Under the pieces are notes generated by a model. The model ran no database searches. It was not told the DNA's origin and worked only from the letters and a program-made list of their open reading frames with translations. Shown here piece by piece: positions 42,179 through 59,725 of a stretch of DNA of 64,000 nucleotides (positions are counted from its first letter, which is position 1; each line of letters starts with the position of its first letter). This DNA is from the human T2T-CHM13v2.0 reference genome, Homo sapiens: the NCBI RefSeq assembly GCF_009914755.1, contig NC_060925.1, one strand, 5' to 3'. Position numbers and translations under genes: made by a program.

Positions 42179-43274
42179 GAATACTTTCAAGACAATAGTG
42201 TACTTTTAAGAAAATAAGGGTACGTTAGCAAAAAAATGAGTTCTCAAAAATAATACAAAGACTGAAAAATACAATTAATTAAAATTATCTTAGAACACAG
42301 ATATAAAAGCTAAACATAACAAAATAAGAGAGAAAAGTCATAATAGTACAGAGGAGGAATCCAGGAAATCCAAGTTATGGATTCAAAGAAGAAATTAGTG
42401 CATGGGGACGGGCAAATATTCAGCAATGTAATAAAGAAAAATGTTTCAGAGCAGAAGAAAGAATGATTTGAAGTTAGAGAGATTTGATAAAATGTCTTGA
42501 ACTATAAAATGTGTAAGAAAAATAATTTGAATTATCTCTGTGACAAAGTGTAAATATTTGCTTATTCATTTAAGAAAAGATAATACACTGAAGGCAATTA
42601 TAATCCCTAGGAGAAAAATAAATAGCTGTAGAAAGAATCCTTAGAAGAAATAGGAGGCAAACTAAAATATGCTGTAATTTTGAACAAAGGATGAAATTTT
42701 AAAAAGGAAAGCAATTTGAACTTGAATTTTATAACATTTTCTGTTGAGTAGTGATATCTAGCGAAATAGAATCACATTTTTATTTCTATGGGTAGACGTT
42801 AGTTACTACTGTCTTATAATAAATACTTTTTTATTTGTAGACCAACTTATAAACAAATCATAAGATATTTAATTATAATTGAAAAGAGTTTGAAATATAA
42901 CAAACATAAATAAAAATCATATTCAATCAGTAGAAGCATGTAGATTAAAGACAAAATTCAGTGAGGAAAGTTTAGTTTGTACACTTATTTTTTCTCATTT
43001 TACTGGAAATCAAATGAAACATTATTTATAGCAAGAATTATAGTTACCAGTTAAACTTTGGAAACATTTTTATTTCAATCAGAATTTTAAAATGATGCCA
43101 CTGTGACTACTACATTGAACATGGTTCTGAAGGGCCTAGCTATTATTTAAAAAAAAGTCAATAGGACATATATTAAGTAAAAGGAAAAATAAGTAAAAAT
43201 TATTTGAAAATGATAAATTTCTATGTAGTAAATATAAACAAGTCACACAACAAAATACCTGTTAGAATGAATAA

Positions 43275-45635
<2,361 letters not shown>

Positions 45636-45849
45636 GAAAATGAGCAACAACTGTCATTTCTACAGATACCACTCCTATATTGTCTATCAAAATACTCATG
45701 AGGGTAAATTGTAGTTTTTCATACTGCATATATTTTTCTCTTTATGTGAGCTCATCAAAAGGTAATTTTTAAAAAATTTTGTTTCCCTTGTTAAGATTCA
45801 CAGATCAATGAAATTCTGTGCTGTGACAGGAACAGTCTACTTATAGACT

Positions 45850-46007
45850 ACCCAATAGAATACCTGCTATCTATAGGTGGCTATTAAATACTTGAAATAT
45901 GACTACTTCAACTGAGAAGGCAGAATATTAATTTTATTTGATTAATTTAAATTTAAATTCAAATAATTATATGTGTCTGCATATTGAATTGGACATAGGG
46001 ATCTAGA
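45850..46007. mobile_element. MER3/MER33-like hAT-Charlie element
   Basis: gtggctattaaatacttgaaatatgact...actgag...attttatttgattaatttaaatttaaa...ttggaca...tctaga. Confidence 0.6.
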
Positions 46008-47439
46008 ATATTTTTGGCATATATATGTAAATATTTACTTAGTAAGCTGTGAAAAAAATATATTTTGTCCAATATATTGACTAACTACTCATTTTTTTTT
46101 CTGTAAGTATAAGAATTTATATCCTAATTGGGAAAAGAGTAAACCCTTTTTCCGATTAATCTTCTTGACTAGAAAAGCAAGTCATGGTATTTGAGATTTT
46201 TGACATAGTTGTTTAGTCTTGATTATTTAAGAAAAAAAAAATCAACAACCCAAGCAAGTCAAGTTACTTTGAATAATCGATGGAGAAAATGTGGCAAATG
46301 GTATCAAGGAAGTTAAAGGAAGCAAAATGTATTTTAATGACAGAAGCATAAAATAAGAAACTCTAATAGCCTTTAATATTCACTTTGAAAGGTGGTTTTC
46401 TGCCTTTAGACCTATTATTCCACACATATTCTCTTTAATCATAAGATTAAGAGAGAGAATCAGTCCTTGCTTTGGCTAAAATAATAGAATGATGCTTGAG
46501 TGATAAAATAAAATTATAGTTATGAGAATATTTTTTTCCCACAAATGAAAGTCCACAGGGGCCTAACTTATTGAGGGCGAATTTCTCTGTCTTTGGAAGA
46601 CAAAATTCACTGTGATCAGGAAGAACAATATCTGAATAAAGAATATAGAACTGGAATATGAGTAAAGATTACTCCATTTAGACATAGAAAGTTTGAAATC
46701 AGAAGCAGGTCACAGTTTTCAATTAATTTCTCATGTTTTCTTTTATATGTCTTTCTCATCTGTAAGAACAATAATATTGTGGTTACACCATGGAAGTAAG
46801 AGACACATAAAACATTTACAATGGAAATCTATATATATCTTGAGGGCATAAGATAAACAGATGATTATTAAATATTCAATGTTTCAAGAATTATTACATT
46901 CTAACATGTGCGCTTTAAGAATCAATAAGGGTTTACAGAAAATGATATCATCAACCACACATATATTAAAAAAAAACTTGTAAAGCATGTCAATGCCCCT
47001 GCTATTGTGACCACGACTTAAACTTAATGATTAAGCCACTATCTATTTTGACAAATAAATAACAGTTGTTCAGACTTAGCTTATCTACAAGATAAACACA
47101 ACCTTGCTACTATTAGATGAATGAATTTTCAAATGAAGTGTTGCACATATATGTCTAGATAAAGGTAACAGATTTACATAGTTCCATTCTAAATCTTCAG
47201 ACCATTACCATTACCTGTTTGAGACCATAAAATTACATTGATTACATTGACAACACTTGTAATATTTTTCATAATCTTAAAGAATACAAACATTCAGGAA
47301 TATATATATATATATATATGTAAAATCTATCTATATATAAAATCTTTATAACCTGTGAAGAGAGATAGCATCACAAAAGAGAGTGAAGAGAAAAAGCAAA
47401 TGTTATGAAAAATGACTATTAAATGTTATTAATTCTATC

Positions 47440-50268
47440 ATTTAACCCACCAATCCTATTACTGGGTATATACCCAAAGGAAATTTCTAGTTCTACCATA
47501 AAAAGACGTGCACACATATGTTCATCACACCACTCTTCACAATTGCAAAGACATGGAAGTAACCTAGATGCCCATGAACAGTGGGCTGGAAAGAAAATGT
47601 ACATATACAACATGGAGTACTATGCAGCCATAAAAAGAACAAAATCATGTCTTTTACAACAACATGGATGGAGATGGAGGCCAGTATCCTAAGTGAATTA
47701 ATACAGGAACAGAAAATCAAATACCATATGTTCAAATTGATAAGTGGGAGCTAATCATTGAGTATACCTGGACGTAAAAAAAGAGAACAATAGACGCCAA
47801 AGACTACTTGAGGATAGAGGGCAGGATGAGGTTTAGGCTTATAAAATTACCCATCAAGTGCTATGCTTATTACCTGGGTGACAAAATAATCTGTGCACCG
47901 CACCTGATATAGTTTGTCTGTGTCCCCAACCCAAAACTCAACTTAAATTCTATCTCCAAGAAATTGACATCTTGTGGGAGGGACCAAGGAGGAGGTAATT
48001 GAATTATGGGGTCGGCCATTCTTGTGCTATTCTTGTGATAGTGAGTAAGTCTCAGGAGATCTGATGGATTTATCAGGGGTTTCTGCTTTTGCTTCTTCCT
48101 CATTTTCTGTTGCCACCACCATGTAAGAAGTGCCTTTCACCTCCCACTGTGATTCTGAGGCTTCCTCAGCCATGTGGAACTGTAAGTACAATTAAACCTC
48201 TTCCCCCCCCCCCCCCCAGTAGCGGGTATGTCTTTATCAGCAGTGTGAAAATGGACTAATACAGTAAATTGCTACCAGTAGAGTGGAGTGTTGCTGAAAA
48301 GATAGCCGAAAATGTGGAAGTAACTTTGGAACTGGGTAACAGGCAAAAATACCGAACACTTTGGAGGGCTCAGAAGAAGACAGGAATATGTGGGAAAGCT
48401 CGGCACTTCCTAGAGACTTGTTGAATGGCTTTGCCCAAAATGCTGATAGTGATATGGACAATAAGGTCTAGGCTGAGGTGGTCTCAGTTGGAGAGGAGGA
48501 GCTTGTTGGGAACTGGATTAAAGGCAACTCTTGTTATGTTTTAGTAAAGAGACTGGTTGGGATTTTGCCACTGCCATAGAGATCTGTGGAACTTTGAACT
48601 TGAGAAAGATGATTTAGGGTATCTGGCAGAAGAAATTTCTAAGCAGCAAAGCATTCAAGAATTGACTTGGGTACTGTTAAAGGCATTCAGTTTTATAAGG
48701 GAAGCAGAGCATAAAGTTTGGAAAATTTGCAGTCTGACTGTACGATAGAAAAGCAAAACCCATTTTCTTGGGAGAAATTCAATCCAGCTGCAGAAATTTG
48801 CATAAGCATCAAGGAGCCTAATGTTAATCCTCAAGACCATGGGGAAAATGCCTCCAGGCCATGTCAGAGATCTTCACAGCAGCCCCTCCTATCACAGGCC
48901 CAGAGGCCCAGGAGGAAAAAGTGGTTTTGTGGGCTGAGACCATGGATCTTGTGCTGTGTGCAGCCTAGGGACTTGGTGCCCTGGGTCACAGCCACTCCAG
49001 CCATGGCTGAAAGGGGCCAATGTACAGCTTGGGATGCAGCTTCAGAGGGTGGAAGCCCTAAGCCTTGGCAGCTTCCCTGTTGTGTTGAGTCTGTGGGTGC
49101 ACAGAAGTCAAAAATCGAGGTTTAGGAACCTCTGCCTAGATTCCAGAAGATGTATGGAAATGCCTGGATGCCTAGGTAAAAGTTTGCTGTGAGGGCAAGG
49201 CCCTCATGGAGACCCTCTGCTAAGGCAGTGTGGAAGGGAAATGTGGGGTTGGAGACCCCATATAGAGTTGCTACTGGGCCACTGTCTAGTGGAGCTGTGA
49301 GAAGAGGGCCACCATCCTCCTGAACCCAGAATGGTGGATCCACCGATAGCTTGCACCCTGCGCCTGGAAAAGCCACAGATGTTCAATGCCTGCCTGTGAA
49401 TGCAGCCAGTAGGGAGGCTGTACCCTGCAAAGGCACAGGGGTGGAGCTGCCCAAGAACACGGGAACCTACCTTTTGCATCAGTGTCACCTGGATGTGAGA
49501 GAAGTGAAAGGAGATCATTTTGGAGTTTTAAAATTTGACTGTCCTACTGGATTTTGGACTTGCATGGGCCTTGTAATCCCTTTGTTTTGACCAGTTTCTC
49601 CCAATTGGAAAGGCTTTATTTACCCAATACCTGTACCCTATTGTATCTAGGAAGTAACTTGCTTGCTTTTGATTTTACAGGCTCATAGGCATAAGGAACT
49701 TGCCTTGTCTCAGATAAGACTTTGGACTGTGGACTTTTAGGTTAATGTTGAAATGAGTAAAGACTTTGGTGGACTGTTAGCAAGGCATGATTGGTTTTGA
49801 AATGTGAGGACATGAGATTTGGTGGGGCCAGGGGCACAATAATATGGTTTGGCTGTGTCCCCATCCAAATCTCAACTTGAATTGTATCACCCAGAATTCC
49901 CATGTGTTGTAGGAGGGACCTGGGGCAGGTAATTGAATTATGGGGACTGTCTTTCCCATGCTATTCTCGTGATAGTGAATAAGTTTCATGAGATCTAGTG
50001 GGTTTTTCAGGTGTTTCTGCTTTTGCTTCTTTCTCATTTTTCTCTTGCTGTTGCCATGTAGGAAGTGCCTTTCACCTCCCGCCATGATTCTGAGGCCTTC
50101 CCAGCCATGTGAAACTGTAAGTCCAATTAAATTGCTTTTGGTTCCCATGTTTCAGGTATGTCTTTATCAGCAGTGTGAAAATGAACTAATACAAAACCCC
50201 TATTACATTCAATTTACCCATGTGACAAACCTGCACTTGTGCCCTCTGAACCTAAAAGTTGGAAAGAA
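47440..50268 (+). mobile_element. L1PA15/16-like 3' end split by THE1A
   Basis: caatcctattactgggtatatacccaaaggaa...tacctgggtgacaaaataatctgtgcacc | aaacccc...caatttacccatgtgacaaacctgcac. Confidence 0.85.
47905..50193 (+). mobile_element. Full-length THE1A MaLR (5'LTR 47905-48263, internal 48264-49839, 3'LTR 49840-50193)
   Basis: Two direct LTRs with the THE1A motif ggggtttctgcttttgcttcttcctcatttt; typical THE1-int of about 1.6 kb; diverged TSD gcacc/aaacc. Confidence 0.93.
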
Positions 50269-51084
50269 AAACATGTATTGGATTTGAAAGGCAAAAAATA
50301 GGTAATAAGAGAGACCTCAATCAGCATGGTGATGACCTATGGTTCCGAATAGAACACCATTTTGATAGGCAGTATTATTATTCTTCTATTTTATTAACTC
50401 CATTATTATTCATATAGCTGATGAATACCAAAATGATAATATAAAAACATTTTCAATGTTAATAAACATGACATTAAAATAAAATTATTATTAAAGCTAG
50501 TTGGTACTTCTGAATTATTATCTTCCAAAGGAGGTCTAGGGGTCTGGGTCACATTTGATTACAAACTTTTTTTTCAGATATGGCAACCTGTGCCTTTTTA
50601 AATGTTTTTATCTTTCATACCCCCTTTCTATCTGAATCCTACCAAATGTTGGGGTCCAATCTTGATCCTACTACACACATCATCTTTCATAGTTATTTTA
50701 CTAACATTTATTGCACTTACTTGCACTTTACATTTACCATTTCTGTAATAATTTAATATTTTCTTATCTCCTTAATCATACCATATGTCACTGAATAAAA
50801 ATGTCATATTTTTTAGAATAATCAGTTGTAGTTCTGCAATTAGTAAATACTGTATTTTCCAGCAAGTGAAAATCCTCAAATTTCTCATTTATAAGATGAA
50901 GATTAGTTCCTAGATGTTTTACTCAATCAATGGTTTCCCCAGTATTTATTCTAAAATACTGGATATCATATTCCTTTTGTATATCTCAACTTCTGCAAAT
51001 TGAGAAAACTGAATTTCAGATGTGGAAAGGACTTAACTATTAATCTAATTCAATCTAATTAATCTAATCTCTTTTTATTACTGA

Positions 51085-51910
51085 TTTATTTATTTGTTCA
51101 TCAAATATTTTTGAACACGTTTTATACCAGAAATTTTGCTAAATGTCAGGAAAATCAAGATGAATGATCAATCTTTTAGGTATGAATAATAAAGAGGAGG
51201 AAATTGAAAAATATGTACAAAATTACTATATTATGCAACATAGACACTGATAGAGCTATGAACAGAGAATTGTTGAAAGACAAAAAGTAGCTAAGGATGT
51301 CAGGAAAATCATTTCAGAAATAGTGGTGCCTGAATTGAATCATAAGGAATGTGGAAAAGGAATATTAAAAGTGAAGGAAACTTGGAGAAACAAAGAAATA
51401 CATGGAAGCAAGATACAACATAATATGTGTGGGTAACTACAAACGGGTTTTGCTAGTGTGTAAAACTATGATGCAGGAATGATGATGAGCGGGTGGTTAG
51501 GAACAGTTTATGTGTATTCTGCAAAAATGTTATAATACTGGAGCATGATATTTCTCAATGTATACTCTTTTGAGCTCCTATGTTAGAATTATATGGGTTG
51601 CTGGCTAACCATGCAATTTTTGAATCCCATATTGGAGACAATAAATGAGAATTTCAGAGGGTTTGAGTCTGTGGGTATACATAGGTAACAACATGGTTAT
51701 GCAATTTTTATGTATGCTTGAGTGTGTATACTCAAGATAAGGCTAAAAGATAGCAAAGAAGAGGCAAAGACTGGAATCATGGAACTTTATCAATGGCCCA
51801 ACTATGAAATGTTGATACTAAGGAACTAAAGCAGTGGCAATTGAAATGGAGACTTAATGACAGAGGGAATAATATGGAGTGTACATGAGAAAAGTCAAGG
51901 AAACTCTAGT
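51085..51910 (-). mobile_element. L2 fragment
   Basis: tttatttatttgttcatcaaatatttttgaacac...(antisense L2 3' end) followed by decayed L2 body. Confidence 0.55.
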
Positions 51911-52408
51911 TTTAGAACAAAATTTCAGAGAATCCGATTCTACTATGCTTGTAGAATTATGTGAGGGAAAGGGCTCTTAACAACTATTAATTCAATTTCA
52001 ATTAAGATCCTCAAAAGATTAAGTAGTTGTATTCATGGACAACATGTTTAGATAGAACCATGAAAAGATAAGCATCAAGGAAAATCTCTAAAGAGATTGT
52101 AAAATTCTAAAAATGGTCCGTGTAAATTCTTTTCAAACATGTCATGCTTTTCTTTGAGCTGAAACAGATTTAAAGAAACCAGGAGAGTAATGCATCTTGT
52201 ACAGAAGGACTTTGAAATAGTAGCATTTTAAGCAGTCAGTAAATCAAAAGCTGGGCAAATGTCATTCAGGGAGAATGCCAGAACTTTAGACCCAGGTAGG
52301 CAAGCAAATGGGTCTTGATCTGAGCAAGGTCAATAAGGTCATGTAAAGATTAAGAAGAGCAAGTAGTTACATCTACTAAGTTAAGCTTGAAGAACTCAAT
52401 GTTGAAAA

Positions 52409-52547
52409 ATACCCAGAGGGAAAGAAATCATTATATCAAAAAGATGCCCGAAGCAGTATATTTATAGCAGCAATATTCACAATACCAAAAATATGGAATC
52501 CACTTAAGTGTCCATCAGTGAATGATTGGATAAAGAAAATGTGATGT

Positions 52548-52586
<39 letters not shown>

Positions 52587-52952
52587 ATGAAATACTACTC
52601 AGCCATAAAAAATAATGAAATAATACATTTTGCAGTGACATGTATGGAACTGGAGGCAATTGTCCTAAGTGAAATAACTCAGAAATTCTAATACTGGATG
52701 TTCTCACTTATAAGTGGGAGCTAAATAGTATGTACACATGAACAGAGAGTGTGGAATAATAGATAATGGAGACTGAGGACGGTGGGAAGGTGGGGCTGGG
52801 TAAGGGATGAGAAATTACTTAATGGGCACAATGTACACTATTTGGGTGATGTTACACTAAAAGCTCAGATTATGCCACTACACAATATATTCCTATAAGA
52901 AAACTGTATTGTACCCCCTACATTTACACAAGTAAAAATCATAAAAGTAAAA
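52409..52952 (+). mobile_element. L1PB4-like 3' end containing a (CA)n tract
   Basis: acccagagggaaagaaatcattatatcaaaaaga...gagaaattacttaatggg...aatgtacactatttgggtgatg...gtaccccct. Confidence 0.85.
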
Positions 52953-55900
52953 GAGATCCTCATACAACAGGACAGAAATGCTGGTTTTAAAATAAAATTA
53001 ACCTTGATCCTCACTGTAACTCAATAAATAAATAAATAAACAGGCCAAAGGCAGAGAGGAGAAATGATAACAGCAAAGCTTTAACTTCTGATCATAAAGC
53101 AGAGTCTACTGTCTCTTAGATTTGACTCTGTACTTTGATGGATGTAAGTATTTAAAAATCATACATGTTTGCATCTATGAAGGGCAGAGTCCTAGGGTGT
53201 TAATGGAAACACTGGATACTGGGTCTGGTGCATCAGTTCAGATAGGAATCATACAAAAAATAGCAGAATTTTATACTAACGAACTTATGGATTCAAGAAC
53301 TATCACTGACCTACCTTCAAAAACAAAGTTTATACTGCTATTTCATCTTCTTCCTACACTGAAAAAACAAGATTAGTGAAAAATAAAGCCTAAGAGCACT
53401 TTTCCAGCCAAGAAAAAAATACACCAACATGTAGCTTATAATTCAATTTGCACATCTTACTTTCTATTCAAAACGATCTAATTTACCCAATAAAACCAAA
53501 GAAAGGAAGGAAGTTCAATAGCAACTGATAGTCTGATGAGGGGTGAGGAGCCATAGTAATGGTGCTGAGATGATTGTGAAACAAGAATTATTTTTACCTA
53601 TGGATACAACAGAAATGTCCTCTGTGGAACACATATGTTTCTTCTACACATAAGTAGTTTCCAAAAGTAAGAAACACTAGATTTAAACTTAGGAGGTTTT
53701 CTTTCTAGTTCCAACTCTGCCAATAAGTCTAATTTTTTTATTTGTAAAATAGAGCAGTTCAACTAAATGGCTTATAATGCTTCATTCAGTTCTAGTATTC
53801 TATGGAACATAATTTTTATTTAAAGATAGTGGAATAAAGTCTTATGAGTTCTCTCTTTTGTACCCCATGAAACACACACACACAAAGAAAACTAAAGAAA
53901 GACTGGGAATTGCCCAATCTCAAAGGATGACTGGTATGCACATTTGCTAATGCTCCACTGCTGTGAACTCACAGCACTCTCTCTGACTGTTGGTTTAACC
54001 AGTTATAGATTATCCAGTAGTGAGTGTCATCCATATCAAATAATTTTGATTAAATGACAGTGTTTTGAACAAAAGTCAGTCTACTTTTTTTCAGTTAAGA
54101 AATAATCACACATAAACCAACAGCAGGAATATGTATTAACAGTCACTTTAAAAAAAGATAAACTGTACAAAGGATGAAATTAAAAGGCAGAAGATAGAAA
54201 CCTCTCAAAAGACCTCGTTGAAACAAAGAAAGAGTTCATCAAAACCTGAGAGAGATTGTAACATAAGCTCTACTCTAAAAGCCGTATTAGAATTAGAACA
54301 GTTTAAAGAAGAATATAAAGCATCAGGTATCCTAGGAAAGAAATGTAAGAGAAATTAATGTTAAACAACATTGAAAGTCCAATGATAAGTATCAAAACAA
54401 GAATAAAAATAACTGAGACAGTAACACAATCATTAGGTTGGAGGAAATTACACAGGATAAAATGGAGAATATAATTATATAAGAATAGTTATCTTTTAGT
54501 TAATTATATAAATCACACAAATGAGATTTAAAATAGTATTTCTATAAAATTAAAAAATAAATGAGATTAAAGTTTTAACTTTCTAGGGGAAGAAAGGTTT
54601 ACTTACATAAACAAAGATTTTGTTATAGTGGATGTCTCATTGGGTATCAGAGAGAAAATAAGAATGATTCAAGTGAAGGCAATGAACTCAATCAGAAAGA
54701 TGAAATTAGATGTGGGTCTAGGCAAAAATAAATAATAATAAATCAACTATACATGAAAAATCTATTAGGCCTCAGAATCTCTGTGGCAACATTCACTTCA
54801 GATATATGGAGCAATTTCAACAAAAATCACAGAAAAAGAATGGACCAAGAATATTGTAAATATGTAAATGATCTTTTAGAGCTGATGGTAATAGACATTC
54901 ATATCATAACAGAATTCAAGAAATGGAGTACATTTAAACATTTGCGAAAAATTTTATTTGCCAATCAATTAATGGGACAGGATATGTTTCAAAATAAAAC
55001 AAAATGGAGAATGTGTTGTAAAAAGATTTAATATAGGCATTAGATATATTTAATGTGGTAAAAAGACTAAAATTCTCAGAGAAAATAGAAGTTAAATGCT
55101 ACAAATTTTATATTTTAAAATTAACACTAAGACTAACAAATAAGAAGACTGAAGTATGGAAGTTGGCATTATAATATATATTAATGTCCTCATTTTTTAT
55201 AACAATAACTTAATAGAGTCTAAAGTACAAATTTTAAATACAACACTATTCTCTTAATGTTTAAACTTTTATTTCTCAATTGTAAAGAATATTTGTCAAT
55301 ATGATATAAACATTTACAATAAATCCTCTAAGATTCACTTTAGTTTTTTCTCTTTGATCAAGTCAACAGATATAATCATTTCAATATTGCAAAAGATATA
55401 TCCATTTCTTTTCTTCTTATTTTCTCTTTATAACTGACCATCTTCCTAAATAAATATCTAAAATTATATTCAGAAGATGTTCCTGGTGTTTTTTGATGTG
55501 TTGGGTTTGTTCGTAATTACTCATTTAAAAAAATTTGTCTTAAAATAAAATATTCTATTATAAATACTAACTGTAGATAGTTAACCATGTTATTGTATTT
55601 TTCACTTCAAATTTAGTCATAGAAGATACTCAATAACTATTAACCCTTCCTCTCAGTCGTTTCTGGATGTCAATATGCTTTAAAACTAATTTTTATTTTT
55701 TAAAAAGATTTTTACTGTGATCCATTACAATTCACATACACACGCAATTCTTTTCCTTAGAAACACATGGACTAGTATAACATAAGTGGGGGGAAAAAGA
55801 GCTATGTTATATGAAAGATAGTTGTACAGATAAATTATTATGGTCAATCACTGTTAAAAGAGATATCTAATGTAGTTGCTTTGGAACAGAGGGGAAGGTT

Positions 55901-56864
55901 TAAAAAATTCTTGAAATGCTTTTTAAATTCACATTAGCTGTGTATTTTAAGCCATTTTCTAAGAAGTTAATGTGACTGTGGAGCTGGAGTGCATAGACTA
56001 GATTGATCTCATCATAGTCCACCTTGGCATAAGTTGATCCAATCACATGGCTGGGAATGGGAGGTTTGTTCTTCCAGTGACTGTTGGGGAACTGTATCCC
56101 CACAAAGAGGATAACTGAGGCTGGGCAGCAAGCAACCCTAAGGCTTCCAACCTCACCTAATGGGATAATTTCCCTGTACAAACGACTGGAAATGAAATAA
56201 AATACAAAGTCAGACCTTTCAGCAGGTATGGTCCTCAATGAATCAAAATGAAAAATTGTTAGTTCTTTCTTTCTTAGTTTTAATTCCCCTGGTACCTGGG
56301 GAAGGGTTAGCTAGAGTGACATCCTAATGATGAAGCAATGGAGAAGCCACTAATCATTTAATCTCTGCTCCTAGGACAAAAAAAAGTGTTAACTAAGAAG
56401 TTTTAAACTAGCTAATATAAAAATCCTAACACGTTAATTATAGCCCCATAATTTATCTTAAGTCTATGAGACCTGCCTCTCAACATTCCCTCCCCAACTC
56501 ACTGTCTGAGTAACTTTTCAAATAAGCATATCTTTTTATATTTGTGCTTTACCTAAATCCCTTCAGTGTTTTTCAAACCCACTAGTTTCAGACAAGCCAA
56601 ATCTTTTTAGCAAGGTGTTTTGTCATTTTGACAGATAATCAATTAACACCCGAAGCATCGTATTTTCAAGCACTCGCCTATTGCCAATTTAGATTTACAA
56701 ATAGATATTCAGTGGGTGTTTCCTATAAAAATAACTGTCTAAACTTTTCAGTTTTTTTTAAGATTTTTGCTAAAACTTTTGCCTATCACACTAATTTCTA
56801 GGCCTGCTGACTTAAAACACTTGAGTTGACAAAGACTCACATTACTTAAGCAACGGGAAGTTCT

Positions 56865-58124
<1,260 letters not shown>

Positions 58125-59544
58125 AACAGGAAGTTCTAAAGACAATAGCAATTAATGCAGCAAAAGTCTGATATGACACCTTTGTCAGGCTAAAAGCTAA
58201 ATCTCACCATTGCAAGCTAGTAATTCTCCCCTTTTAACGAATGGCAAATGTAAAAAGAGTTTGCCAAGTTAATGAAAGAGTGCATTGCTGCAATGTTTAG
58301 TATAGATCTAATTCTAAGTTACTATTTCAATTATTACCAGAAAGACTAGTAAAGTCATGCAAAGCTGGAGACACCTGGCCCCGTTTATTTTATTGACCAC
58401 TTGCCATATCAAGATCCCTAATTCCTGTAAGTTGGCCCTCAATTCAGACCTATTTTTGAGACAAGATTTATGCTAAACTGGGGGGAGTCACTTGCTCACA
58501 TTTCATGTCCCACAGGTAGGATATTTGTTCTACATTATCTGGCTTCCTAAAATGTCATTACTTCCTCTAGCTCTCTGTTCTCTACATTTAGTCAACATGA
58601 ATTATTTGTAGTTATTCAGACTTTCTCTTGTGTTTCTGTTCTTCCTCTGCTTTTATTTTTAATGTCTCTTGCAATCCCTCTATTTTCACTTGGTCTGAAT
58701 TAAGTAACCCAGTTCTAAATTCCTAGAACACTCGGGGATTATCTGCATCATACTTCAGTGTATCTGTTTCATTAGACTGTGTGGCCACTGGGGCCAAACA
58801 TAGTGACTAAGGCAGTGTCCATAACTTGGTGAGTACATAATAAAATGTTGGCATTTTAGCATATTTCAGAAGATAATTAATTACAATCTCTGACTACAAA
58901 ATATTTTTAAGGTATTTAACACAGATATATTTATTCAATGCAATAGCATATAGAAAGTTCTGCATTCACACATAGTAGCTAATCAGAGCCAGTACTGAAT
59001 GGAGCATGACAGTTTAACATATTCAAACAAGCACCAAGTAAGAAAAGATAAAGGATAACTATAACCATGATATTGAGGTATATTGTCTAAGGAGTTATCC
59101 ATATCTAGTATAATTTAATGTCTGGTGCTTATAGATTAAATATCTATTTAATACAAACAAACAAAAAGCTAATTTTAGGTGTTCCACGAATAAAATATAA
59201 TGAATCCATCTCCCACTATTGGGACTAATGTGGAAAACTGAGTAATGGACCAAAACAACTAAATTCTTTAAACAAATTTTTCTTGGTTTAGTATTTATAA
59301 ACATTTAAGTAAATTATTGGAAAAGATGAAAATATGAAGATTTTAGAGTTAAAAGAAAAGGCATGTAAAGGCATTTAAAAATAAACACATTTCTTGATTT
59401 CTTACATTGATCCATATTATTGTATTTCAGCTCATTCAATATTAGTAATAAACAGGCAACAAGCTGCTGTATCTCTTTGAGAATGAATTGTAAACTTATG
59501 AAGTAACAAGACGAATCAGGAAGAAAAATTCTATTCAGAGAACA

Positions 59545-59725
59545 ATCATTGAAATCAGAAAGAGATATATTTAAGTTATATCTGTATCACTTACTACCTC
59601 TGTAATTTTGGGTGAGTTATTTAGGTTATAAAAGCCTGATATCTACCTCAAAGTGTTGTAAGAATAAATAGTAATTACGCATGCAAAGGGGAAGCAAGGA
59701 GATTAACAAATAGTTAATGTTTCAT
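59545..59725 (+). mobile_element. MIR fragment
   Basis: cacttactacctctgtaattttgggtgagttattta...atctacctcaaagtgttgtaagaataaat. Confidence 0.55.

Noticed and set aside
48557-49590. ORFs inside the THE1A internal region
   Set aside because: Fragments of the known decayed MaLR internal ORF and antisense chance frames
55900-56238. 112-aa minus-strand ORF with protein-like composition
   Set aside because: Non-ATG start and no family I recognise; the DNA (cccagccatgtgattgg...ccagctcca) resembles a decayed LTR33-like fragment
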